This document shows, in pieces, positions 25,543 through 36,811 of a DNA stretch of 64,000 nt; the first letter of the stretch is position 1; each line of letters begins with the position of its first letter. Origin of the DNA: Rhodosorus marinus CCMP1338. Lineage: Eukaryota; Plantae; Rhodophyta. The stretch lies in the NCBI GenBank assembly GCA_029953675.1, contig JAMWBK010000001.1:930001-994000 (forward strand). Direction: 5' to 3'. A program made the translations under genes and the position numbers. The notes under the pieces were generated by a model, which saw only the letters and a program-made list of their open reading frames with translations, was not told the DNA's origin and did no database searches.

Positions 25543-27172
25543 TTAAGCTGGATCCTTGGCTTTTAGCACGTGGTATTTAAGAATTCTACAATCTACGTTC
25601 CCTAGGCGTACGGGTCGTTTCGAGTCAGCACGCATCCTCAGCTCCTTCGTAGCCTGCCGCAAGCAAGGGCGTCCGCGAGAGCAATGGGGTGAGAAAAACG
25701 GAGTCCTTGATAAGCGAAAATCGATGGCTGCTCCAGTGAACTAGTCTCCAATGGAATGCGCACCTCTCCATTACCGCAAATTAAATAGGCGTCACCCCCA
25801 CGGGCATTCTGCTTCAGAAACAACCCAAGCTTCTTCCACGCTTCCCCATCCTCATCCGCTAGTCGAAGACCCCATGGAGGATTGCTGAGAACGACTGATA
25901 TGCCATCCGCAACGCGGAGATCCTCAACGTCACCTTCAGAAATAGAGATCACTTCACCTGAGAATGAAAGCGAACACAACAATCGAAACAGTCGGATAAG
26001 GCGTTGCTTCTAGAGGCACCCGATCGTACGCTCCAATATGAACCGACGTACTCAGTCCAGCCCGATCTACATTCTCTCGAGCAAGCTCGACAGCTGCTGG
26101 ATGAATATCGTTCCCAAGGAAGGAATTCTCTTCCAAGACTCTGGAAGGCTCAATCTCGGCTTCCCGTGCTTGCTCCAGTACAACTTCCCACGCAGCGGAG
26201 TCGTAGTCCATCCACCTATTGTTACACGTGGTATGAGGATAAGTTCGACATGGCGCAGAGGTGTGGGGACTGGGCGCAGTCAGGAAAAATCGATTCATCA
26301 TACTCTTCGAAAGGATAGCTCGTACGGAAAAGCCCCGGAGCTATTCTCAGTTTGAGCAGTGCGGCCTCGATCAGCAGAGTCGCCGAACCACACATTGGAT
26401 CCACGATCATTCCACTGGAGCCAGACTTGGCAAGTCCAGCACAAACTGCCGTGGCGGCCGCAGCAGTTTCATTCAAGGACGACGCATGTATGGTTGGTGG
26501 TCGATAACCGCGTTTGTGAAGCGATTCACCTCCCAGATCTCGGTAAATCGTCAGCTCCCCGTCGTGAAAGCTGACGAAGATCGCCACGTCAGCCTCCTTC
26601 GGAGAGCTTGGGGGAAGCGGCCTCGCGTTCGTGTGATCAACTAGAGCGTCACATATGGCATCCTTAACACGAGTTCTGATAGCTCGATCTCCACCGGATG
26701 AACTCCTAACCTATTCAAGAAAATTGCTAGCTCAATTGGTTTGGTCGAGAAAATGTTAGGGGTTTGCGGGCTAGACAAGAGGACAACCTACTGAAACAGT
26801 GAACGTTTGGTGCTTCCCGAGATAAGCTTTCCAATCTACCGAGTTCTTCACCGCACGGTAAACGTCGAATGGATCCGCCTCTGCGTAACCAATCTCTTCC
26901 AGCACTCGCATGGCCGTTCGAAGGCACATGGCCGCTCGATATCCGGTCTCCTGATCACCCTCGAAACCCACACCAGAGGCGGCAACTGTTGTCACATTTT
27001 CTGTGACCATAGTCTTCACCTCGGCTCCCAAAATATCTCCAATTCCTCGCGAACATGTCGCGAAGTACCTTCGCTTTCGTTCCTGAGGCTTACTACCCGA
27101 AGCTACCACCACTTTCCTCCATCTCTTCTTCAAACCCGAGGTAAACAGACACGTTTGAAAGCCACATTCCAT
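25543..27172 (-). CDS. THUMP-domain rRNA guanine-N2 methyltransferase, RlmL-like; probably plastid-targeted; spliced
   Basis: YFATCSRG, YRDLGGESLHKRGYR, DPMCGSATLLIEAA, GNDIHPAAVELARENV, SNPPWGLRL, and last exon ...LGNVDCRILKYHVLK* (TAA at 25545-25543). The N-terminus MECGF... is transit-peptide-like. Confidence 0.85.
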
Positions 27173-27699
27173 CTTCTTAGCACGCAGTAATTTTTGTCAA
27201 CATTCGTTAACGAAGAGACATCAGTTCTTTCCTCCAACAGTATTGCATAACCACATCCATCCGACTAGGACAACAAACGATCTGAACCCTTCAAGCAAAC
27301 ACTATGATAGAGCTGATGGAGATGTAGATGTGGTAACGAGTCTCACCACACGCTCGAGCAGTACTATGCCAATGTTTCGGTCGCGACCGAAAACATGAAA
27401 GATCTCGACGTGAAGATCATCCCCGCCCGCTGACGCGAGCATCTCGAGTTGGTAGCGGACATACCTATCGAGGCCCAGACAGGAAGGAAGAAGGGAACAG
27501 AGTCCCTTGGTGACGGTGTGGTACAGAGCATATTTTATTCAGGCCTGAACAAGCCAGAGGGGAAGAGAATGGAGTCCCTTAATCAGACAAAAGAGAGGCT
27601 GCTTCCCCCAAGCTGAGCTGATCCATCTTCGTCAACTTCCCGACGGAGAATTGACGATTTGCTGGTTCGCAAGGTGGTTTGGCGATGTTACTTTCGACA

Positions 27700-28201
27700 G
27701 GACTTCCGCTCTCAGGAGCTGCATTTCATGTAAAGGAAACGTGCCCGGCTTCTCCTCGTCGGTTGTTGTCTTGTCCAAGAAGAAGGCAGTGACGACCAAG
27801 AGCCAACAAGAATGGGGCGGCTTCTTCTCGTCGGTTGTTGTCTTGTCTAAGAAGAAGGCAGTGACTACCAAGAGCCAACAAGAAGGGGGGGTTGTCCCCG
27901 TCCCTGTCCCCAGCATGGACGGATAGAACTGGAACATGTCAAAGGACCATCACAGACCCCAACGACCAGAAAATTTGGCAGAGCTCAAACCCAATTCAAA
28001 AATAATTGGAAGATAATGAGGCGATGCTAGTCTTTGCATAGGATGGACTTCCGCTCTCAAGAGCCGCGTTTCATGCGAAGGAACGGTGCCCGGCTTCTCC
28101 TCGTCGGTTCTTGTCTTGTCTAAGAAGATGGCAGTGACGACAATGAGCAACGCGAAGATTGCCCCTGTCCCCGTCCCCAGCTTGTGCGGACAGAACTGGA
28201 A
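27700..28201. repeat. Nested direct repeats: two tandem 72-bp units inside a ~160-230 bp segment that is duplicated again at 28045-28201
   Basis: GGCTTCT(C/T)CTCGTCGGTTGTTGTCTTGTC(C/T)AAGAAGAAGGCAGTGAC units start at 27747 and 27819. GGACTTCCGCTCTCA...AGAACTGGAA occurs at 27700-27931 and 28045-28201. Confidence 0.9.
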
Positions 28202-28307
28202 GGAGCTGTTAGTTTCGGAGGAGGGCAGTGAAGAAGACCAACCAAACCGATGCCGTGCTCAACCTTGACGGACGCGAATTTCTCTTGCTAGATTGTTCCA
28301 CGGTTCC

Positions 28308-28532
28308 CGCGACTAGGCATTGTCATCCCGGTTTGTTCAATTCATCATCGAGTGCTTTGGGCTTAGTTGATAGTGTCGATTCTCGTTGGGCTTCGTGCTC
28401 ATTTTGGTATCGTCCCTGGGCGTCTCGATAGCCTCCTCACGGAACCGGCTTTTGACTCTCTTGCGTTCAAATTCTGCTTTGTTGTTGGGCGCCCGCGTCA
28501 TCAGCGGCTTGCTTTCTCCCTGCTCAGGGTAG
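28308..28532 (-). repeat. Degenerate dispersed repeat, homologous to 52829-53381 (+)
   Basis: Shared blocks CTACCCTGAG..., CCGCTGATGACGCG..CCAACAACAAAGC, TT(T/C)GAACGC.AGAGAGTCAA...TTCCGTGAGGAGGCT and AGCAC.CGATGAT...GACAATGC..AGTCG. Confidence 0.75.
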
Positions 28533-29276
28533 TTAGGCCACGTAAAAAACGGATGATGACGAACAATATGTACTTAAGCTTTTAAGTACTCGATCGCCAG
28601 CGTCAACTCTTGAAACGAAATCAGATTCATATTTGTTTTAGGATGATGGCTCATAATGGGAATGATAACTGCGAGGAATTCAGATCTTCACCAGATGTGA
28701 ATATTCTATTTCTGGAATTATTTACAACGTCGTCTTGTGAATTGGGAAAATGACTTCTTATTCGCAATTTTCTTGTCAAGCCAGTTGGTGGCAGCGACTC
28801 TGACTTGAGGTTGAACCTTCTCCTCGTCGCTCCCAGCCGATATCACAGGCTCTCTTTTGAACTGTATCCACCGGCATCAAGCTACCCAAATCGTTTTGTA
28901 GGGCCGAACGATATGAACTCGGCTGAGGATAAGAACGAGCCGAAAAGGCACAAGGGTTCGTTGAAAACTTGTCCATCTACGAGACTACCATAGCGTGATA
29001 TCTCAAGCCTTTTACCTTGACACCCTTAAACTCTTACGCTATCTCTGCCGATCGCCTGATGAGGATGGACTCAACTCTCGACCGAAGGATGCTTTTTCTG
29101 TTTTAGCCGACTGCGGCCGCGGTGAAAGGGTGGATTGGGATGAGGGAGAGGCCAGTTCTGCTTAACGGATCTCAACAGAGACAGTTAAGGCATCGTCAGA
29201 ATAATTTCAAGGTTGACGAGAGAGTAGTACTATAACACCTTTAGTTTTATAGTGAACTAGAGAGCTGGTTGTGAAG

Positions 29277-30049
29277 ATGCGGAAGCCGTCGGCGAAGATC
29301 TCCCCGTCAATTCTTTCTGCCGACTTTGCAGATCTCGGTAAAGATGCTGTGCGGATGTGGGATTACGGAGCCGAATGGTTGCATGTGGATTGTATGGATG
29401 GGCATTTTGTACCCAACCTGACGATCGGTCCGCCTGTAGTGGCATCATTGAGGAAGAGGACAAAGGCGTTTTTGGATTGCCACATGATGGTAAGCGACCC
29501 GGCCTTTTGGGTCGAGGAGTATGGAAAGATCGGTGTGGATGGATTCTGTTTCCATCTCGAGTCAGTGGCGCAAGTTCCACCTTCACAAGAGGATTTTGGA
29601 AAGGTATACAGCAGAGCAGTTTCCTCTCCAATTTCATTACGACTGATCCTTGGTCGTCCTCTCTTCGATAAAACCAGTTGAAGAGTCTTTGTGAAATGAT
29701 TAAGGACAACGGCATGCGAGCGGGGGTCGCCATAAAGCCCGGGACGCCAGCGGAGTCCGTTGAACCACTTGTTGATTTCGGGATGGTGGAAATGGTTCTT
29801 TGTATGACCGTCGAACCAGGATTTGGAGGTCAAAGTTTCAAGCCCGAGGTCATGCCGAAGGTGAAATACTTGCGCGAAAAGTACCCTGAACTTGATATTC
29901 AAGTGGACGGGGGCATTGGGCCGAAAACCATTGATATTGCTGCGGAGGCAGGAGCAAACGTTATCGTCGCCGGTAGTGCCGTGTTCCTCGCCGAAGATCC
30001 AAAGCTCGTCGTCACGCAACTCCGGAAATCTGTCGAGTCCTATGCATAG
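29277..30049 (+). CDS. RPE: Ribulose-phosphate 3-epimerase (cytosolic type); 2 exons, intron 29604-29677
   Basis: KISPSILSADF, HVDCMDGHFVPNLTIG, DCHMMV, CFHLE, MTVEPGFGGQSF, DIQVDGGIG, AGANVIVAGSAVF; no transit peptide. Confidence 0.96.
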
Positions 30050-31137
30050 TTGATACACAGCCAGAGGGCCAAATTGTCGCGCTGAAATACATTGAAGTAC
30101 AGAAATCTTTGGAAATCCGGTCAAAGCGTAGCTTGCATTATTTCGCGAACGTTTGAATTTAGCACGCGAGGACAAAACGTCCCCCTGATTGGAGAAAGTT
30201 TCCAGGCCTCTTTAAACGGAATCCAGAGAATCGGAAATGACAGGAGCCCATCGGCCCATATTTTTCAGGTGGCCTGTGCCAAACGGGAACGTAGCTCGTC
30301 CAGGGGGCTTGTGAATCCTGCCGAAGGGGTTGAAGCACTGTACAGTTTCAAGCAAATTTTTGTGAGCATAATCCTCTAGGTGGTTAGTGGACACTGGTAT
30401 GTGGATGCTCCTGCTTTGTTTCACCCAAGGATGCCCAGTTTTATTACTCATGTCCGCTGCTGAATGTACTATCAATTGTCCTTCGACACGATGCCTCACC
30501 CGCACCTCATCGAACAACCTTTCTCACCTAGAAGCGCTTCAGGAGAGAACCACTCCACGGACTGCCGACAAATGCACCCAGCCATCCGGCCAGTTACAAG
30601 GAGACTCCTTCCTGGGTCGGAAAATACAGACAGCAACTACGTGACTATCGCATCTCAGCAGCTACTCGTAAGCATAACAACACGGACCGCACTCTCAGTA
30701 CACTACTGACACAACGAAATGAAACATATATTGAAGATTCCCATTCACAATTTAGTATTTTATATTTAGATAAAATAATGGCCGTAGTTTTAACCTTTTA
30801 TGTGAATGTGAATATGAAGGAATCAATCATTCACAATCTTTCATCTCGGTTAGATTGAGATGGATATGAATCAGCTGGGTGAGCTGGTGAGACTGGTGGC
30901 CTAGTCGAGTGGGTTAGTTGGAAGGTGAAAGAGATTTCGTGTTTTTTTTGGTGTTGGAACAATAGACTTTAGGTTTCGGGTTATTGTTTTATAAGCAGAG
31001 ATGAGGATGAGGGTTTGTCCTTGACCTGCTTTGCAGTTTCCAAAAGGGAGTAGGGTGGTCTGTTTTGTTTTGCTTGTTTTGGCGGGGCGAGTGGGTGGGT
31101 GGGGCCTTTTGCTGCTTTCTATATTCTGCCCTAATAG

Positions 31138-33587
31138 ATGGATGCTTTTATCAGGAATGTGAGACTTTTTGGACATGGTAGGAGGCTCTGTAGCTCGCTG
31201 AGCAAGCGATTAGCGGACGGGAAAAGCGTTGTTGGAGTGTATGGAGGTGATCACGCTGTTTACCATGCGCTTGCTGAGGCCAAGACGGGTAGAACCTTAG
31301 CTAGTCTGAAGGGAAGTGCGGGGACTGGTGGTATCAAGGAATGGAAAGTCCCTGCACTTGTGAAACACATCAGAAAGAAGGCTGTTCAGACTAGATGGAA
31401 CGATATCGTGTCTCTTGACCCGCACGGGCTTAGCTCTCCACGTCCGACTATTGCGGCTACTATGGCGCGCATGGAAATCCCGGAACTCAGAGACTCGCTC
31501 ATTCCCGATGGGAGAGTCGTGAATGCAGACCAGAGCGTCAATTGCATCAAGGTCGCAATTGAGCCCGTTTGGGATATTCCGAAACTCGCGAAGCGCCTAC
31601 AGGTTGACGAAGCTGTGATGAGGTCACATTTGGCGGAATGGACGCTAATCGACCGCTTGGACGATCCGGAGTACGATATATTCCTCCCAAGCATCGGCGG
31701 GACGACTGTGTACCTATTTGGAGATCTGCAAGCGATTGTGGATTCAAAGGGCAAAATCGCAGCTCGACCGCACGACGAGTGTAACGGGTCTGACGTGTTT
31801 GGAACGGATATTTGCACCTGTCGTCCATACCTTGTCTACGCCATCCAAGGAGCAATCGAAAGAGCCCAAAAGGGAGGCTGTGGTATCATCGCGTACTTCA
31901 GGAAGGAAGGAAGAGCCTTCGGAGAGGTTACAAAGTTCAGGGTGTACAACCTTCGTCGGTATCAAGAAGGTGGTGACCGTCCAGACATGTACTTCAAGAT
32001 GACGGAGAAGATTGCCGGTTTAGTAGATGCGAGGGCTCAGGAACTGATGCCAGACGTGTTCCACTGGCTCGGAGTCAAGCAGATCGATGAACTCCTGTCT
32101 ATGAGCAAGGACAAGCATGAAGCAATAGTTGGAGCAGGTATCAACGTAGTAGACCGCGTCTCGCTGCCCGAGGAAATGGTCCCCAAGGGAGCATATGTTG
32201 AGATCTCCGCGAAGATCTCCTCTGGGTACAACAACTTTCAACCGCGGCAGACGGAGGAAGATAAGAACCGACGGGAGCTTTTCACTTTGGAATGTGTCCG
32301 CGAGCGGTGTAACAAGATCTTGTCTCTGGGCTTGGACAGGGAGCTGAAGCACTTCCATGTCGACATGAAGCGCCTTGAGCCTACAGTGTCCAGGGTTGTG
32401 CATACTATGAAGCGCAAATATCCTGATTTTGATATTCCTACACACTCTAGGTGGCGGCAATTTGAAGCCGGCGATGTTGACAGGATCTCGGAGCTCAACC
32501 AGAGATGGACGCGCTATAATGTGGACTCCCTCGAGCGAACCAGGCGCCTGGTGGACCTCACTGCTATTTCCGTTCTCCTGGATGCTGGAGCCGGAAAGGA
32601 CTGGCACTACACCGATCATCATGGCGGGGAAGAGGTGTTCAAACGCTCAGAAGGGTTGGCGATCGCATCACTAGACATGTTTCAAGCTTGCAACTTCAGC
32701 TCCGATGCTGGGTCTCCTCAGGTAGACGCGGCGGCGTTACGTAAGCTAAGCGAGGACGACCTGGCGCTTGCATTCCAAATTCGTCCAGACAACCCTCTCA
32801 TTGGGCTTTCGGGGAGGTACGAGATGCTACAGAGGCTTGCCAAAGCAATGGAAGCAAATCCCCAGATCTTTGACAACGGGGAAGGAGTTTTTAGACCGGG
32901 TAATCTTGTGGACTACGTGCTCCGTGAGGCCCACGGTCAGAGCAGTAGTGTCTCGATCCGCGTGTTGTGGCAAGCCATCATGGACGGTCTTCAAGACGTT
33001 TTCCCGGATTCTTCGGGGCTCCACATCGGAGACGCGTACAGGCACTACGCGCTCCACAAGAAAGACAGTGCTCCTTTCCACGACGTTGTTCCCTTCCATA
33101 AGCTTGCACAGTGGCTGTCCTACTCGCTCGCGGAGCCATTTGACCAGCTGGGCATTCGATTCGTCGACTCATGGCTATTGACCGGTAAGCGTTTGACACT
33201 AAAAGCCACAGCGCCTGTGCGTTCTGTGGACACTTATCTCACAGATCGTCTATTGTTCCATATCCTCGATTAGGCCTCGCTGAATACCGCAATGGCGGGC
33301 TCCTCGTGGACATGGGAATGCTCAAGCCGAAACGACCCGAGGAGGTTTTTGGAAAGAAGCTGAAAGTCACAGATGAGCGGGTTGTTGAGTGGCGTGCACT
33401 AACCATCAGCCTGCTTGATAAACTCGCTGTGGCTATCTGGGACCGCCTGGGAGAATCTGAGCAGACGATGCCCATGGGTAGGATCCTGGAAGGAGGCACA
33501 TGGCGTGCAGGAAGAGAAATTGCTGCCGAGAAGAGACCAGGAGGACTTCCACCGATCGAGATTGACAGCACTGGTGACGTCTTTTGA
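31138..33587 (+). CDS. Fusion of URC1/Urg1 (GTP cyclohydrolase II-like) and URC4/Urg3 (DUF1688) uracil-catabolism proteins; 786 aa; intron 33185-33273
   Basis: N-half: IVSLDPHG, RPTIA, AIEPVW, FLPSIGGTTVYLFGD, RPHDECNGSDVFGTDICTCRPYL, YFRKEGRAFGEVTKFRVYN, KISSGY. C-half: PTHSRWRQFEAG, ISVLLDAGAG, RSEGLAIAS, FHKLAQWLSYS, LTG|LAEYRNGGLLVD, VEWRALT, ILEGGTWRAGR, IDSTGDVF*. The junction is one open exon. Confidence 0.9.
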
Positions 33588-33795
33588 TAACCTAAGGGAA
33601 GAAATACCTACCTCAAACCTGCTAGGGAGCGTCCGATTGGTGTGTAAAGTAGACCCCTGTGTTCTTTCAAATCGGCTCCGTCTTCCCAATTTTGTTGTGG
33701 TTTAGTCGCTGCTATTCGCGCCGATAATAGATAACCATTTCCTGACCGCAGACAAATTAAAATTTTTGTCCAATACGAGCGATAGGATACAGAGA

Positions 33796-36157
33796 TTATG
33801 TATGCTTGCCCGCTTTGCGAGGCCCACGTCTTTTTCTGGCAATTCCTTTGCGATGTCTGTATCTGTCCCTACTGGTCTCATGGCCGCGATTCTTTCTGCC
33901 CACATTGTCGAGTGGATCTCGATCGTCCGAGCGCTTGCTGTTTGATCGAGATTTTCTTCTCACGGGCTTGAATTTGGAGAGCAATTTTGAGATACAAGAA
34001 AAAAAATTCAGCAACGCAAAGCAACTTGCGACAGCGTCGTCCTCATTCTGAGCAGCTTCTTACCGCTCGTGACTGCGCCTTCTCGCGGAGCGCCGCTGGC
34101 AGTAGGTAGGCTGGGAGGTCGCCCAGATGCGGTTGCACTTGCGGTGTGAGTGCCTTGTCGTGTTTCAAAGCCTGCTCAAACAAGAAACCGGTTCAGTAAA
34201 GGTTCTTGCTCAGGGCCAGGGAAGGCTTGGTTCCTCAACTGTACGTGGCTTACCTCAAAATCCTTTGGGTTGCTCTCGAAAAAGTCCTGCAACTTTTCCG
34301 ACGCTAGCATTTCGCGCTTCACGTCTTTTAGTCTTGCATCCAGAACATGTGCTCTCGTGATACTTCGTAGCGAGTCTTCCACTCGATATCGAAGCGACTC
34401 CACTTGGTCCATTCTCATCACGAGCTTCTCTAGCCGGAGGCCTTGTTGCGCACAAATCTTTTCAAGCGATTCCTGTTCTTTGCCCTCGATGGGTAGGGAC
34501 AGGACCGTGCCAGTGCGCCCGGCCCTGGCTGTCCTACCAGCTCGATGCATGTATGAATTCGAATGGAACGGTAGACCAAAATTAAGCACCGTTGAAACCT
34601 CGTGAAAGTCTATCCCTCGAGACAAACCAAACTCATTCTCTCTACCACCGGAATCTCGTTTCGGCTTCCTTTTGTTCGGCTTATCCTCAGATCTCGATAC
34701 AATCAAATCCTCATCACAAGCGACGAGGACATCGAAAACTCCAGCGTTGAACTGTTCAACGCAATGAATCCTCGAGTTTAACGGTAATTCACCGTTCAAA
34801 GTTGCCGACCTTGTCGTTGCAAAGGAACAAGAAGCCTGTTGTTAGATCCGGACACATTATCGGGTACAAGCGAAGCTAGCTTTCTTACCGAATTGAGAAC
34901 TTGTCCAGGAAGAGTTTTAGACGGAAAGCCGTGTCAATTTCATTCACGAAAATGAGAGTTTTCCCCGTTAGAACTTGCAACCTCAGCAGCGCGTAGGTCA
35001 CCAAGTACTTGTCTTGAGTCGTTGTAAGCGTCGTAATGTTGTGGGTAACTAGACCAGAGGACTTTCCAACATCGTCCATAGTAATCTGCAATTAAGAACC
35101 ATCGTACTTGAGCATCTTAAAACAGGACTGACTGCCTAATAATAGGCCGTTATTCATTACCTTTATCACCATCGGCTTACGAAGCACGAGTTTCTTCAGC
35201 TCATCGAGATCTTCTCCAAGAGAGGCGCTCACTAGCATTGACTGTGAAGAAGGGGGTATTGACGCAATTGAGCGCCTTGTGTCTTCGTCATATCTTTCAC
35301 GCAGAAAAATTGAAAGAATCTAGCAATGAGTGCACGTAAACACGTTCTATGTTGTTTTGGTCCGTAGCTTCTCAAAGGTCGTTGAGCTCTTAGGTTTCAA
35401 ACTTACCCATAGCTGAGAACGAGGTCGGCCTCATCAACTACCACAAACTGGACTTGGTCAAATTGTGCAGCGCTGTTGTCCAAACGTTCTGCAAGAGCAG
35501 ATGGAGTAGCAACCAGTAGATCCGCATTCGGGACTGAGCCATCGCCAGACTTTCGAACGAGCGTTCGGACGCTCAGTTGTGGGGCATACTTGACAAGCTT
35601 TCGGGATACACCGGCAACCTGGTAGCATAGCTCTCGCGTGGGAACTAGAATAACCGCTCGGACGATTCCATCTGAAGTTCAGAGGTGAAAGTGGGTCAGG
35701 CGCTGTAAACGGAATAAAACCAGCGCTTACGAAACAGCTTACCGCCAAAAGCATCTCTTGAGACGAGCGAGTTCAGAATGGGAAGCAAAAACGCTGCTGT
35801 TTTCCCGGAACCCGTCGGTGCTGCAGCAAGCACATCCCTGCCCATCAAAGCCGCGGGAATCATAGAAGCTTGCACTGGGGTGGGTTTCTCAAACCCCACA
35901 GATTTGCAAGCTCTCAAAATTCTTGCGTCCAATCCCATTTCCTCAAAGGAACCCACTGGTTCAGCGACCGCCGGCTGTTCATGTTGAGTTTGTTCCTCTT
36001 CCGCTGCCTCCTCATTTTCGGAGGGGGTTTTAGATTTTCTCTTCTTCTTCATTACCTTCAAACTCTTCTTTGAGTTCTTCTTCAATTTATCCTTTTCCCC
36101 CATTCTTCTCACCTGCTCACCTACCTCCCTCGAACCCCCTTCTCCATTTCGGCCCAT
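33796..36157 (-). CDS. DDX56: DEAD-box RNA helicase DDX56/DBP9; multi-exon
   Basis: [23 protein letters not shown], manually read [12 protein letters not shown] (35460-35405), [43 protein letters not shown]|ALKHDK, and a basic C-terminus with DPL. Confidence 0.92.
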
Positions 36158-36811
36158 CGAATCGCCAAATTCTGAGCGTTCGCCGAGCGAAAGCCTCGGT
36201 CACTTCCTCCAATGTAAGCAAAAGTTGTTGGATATAATGATTGGTAAAGAGTCCTTTCATTTCTCGATTTTATTGGAGAAAAACTTACCGGAGATTCCTT
36301 TACGTCGTTTTATTTGCGTAAACTCCAACTATAATAGAAAATTAATCGAATCCTTTTCTTTCTTTTTTTAAAAAATAGATGATTTTCTTATACAGTTTTT
36401 AAACTTTTTAGCCTACAATCTCGTTATTGGATATAAGGCAAGTGACTGCAAGTTTCGATTGCATGTTAGCTTCTTTATGTCAATAATTATTGGTTAAAGC
36501 AACTAAATATTTCTAATAAAATAGAGTATATGAAACGATAGTTCGTCCAATTATCTTCATCGATGATTCTAAATGTTTTGAGCCTTTTCGGGTTTGTTTG
36601 GTGTTGATGTTAGATCGTTGGGAACGTCTGGGCGAGCGTTGTTATATAACTCGATGCTGCGTGTTGTTTCCAGCTTTGGTTGATAATATGAAAGGCTCTT
36701 TTCATGTGGGACTCCGGAATGGGAGATAGCTCGCCTGATATCACTGTTCGTGACTGAATCCGGGATTGAACAAGAAGTACGTACCGAATTTGTTTGCCGT
36801 CATCAACTTAA

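Noticed and set aside
27747-28120. TAA aligned with CAA in one + frame of the repeat, suggesting TAA=Gln recoding
   Set aside because: Conserved genes here (MsrB, Cpn10, UFL1) end in TAA, so the standard code applies.
29363-30175. Long antisense ORFs (also 32020-32622, 41872-42522, 57882-58451 and many others)
   Set aside because: They are shadows of well-supported genes on the opposite strand, with no motifs of their own.
31138-32240. Annotation as riboflavin-pathway RibA
   Set aside because: The GTP_CH_N-type N-terminal motifs and the DUF1688 partner indicate URC1/Urg1, not canonical RibA.
33185-33273. Apparent premature end of the URC4 half at 33273
   Set aside because: A canonical GTAAGC...TAG intron restores the conserved LTG|LAEYRNGGL motif.
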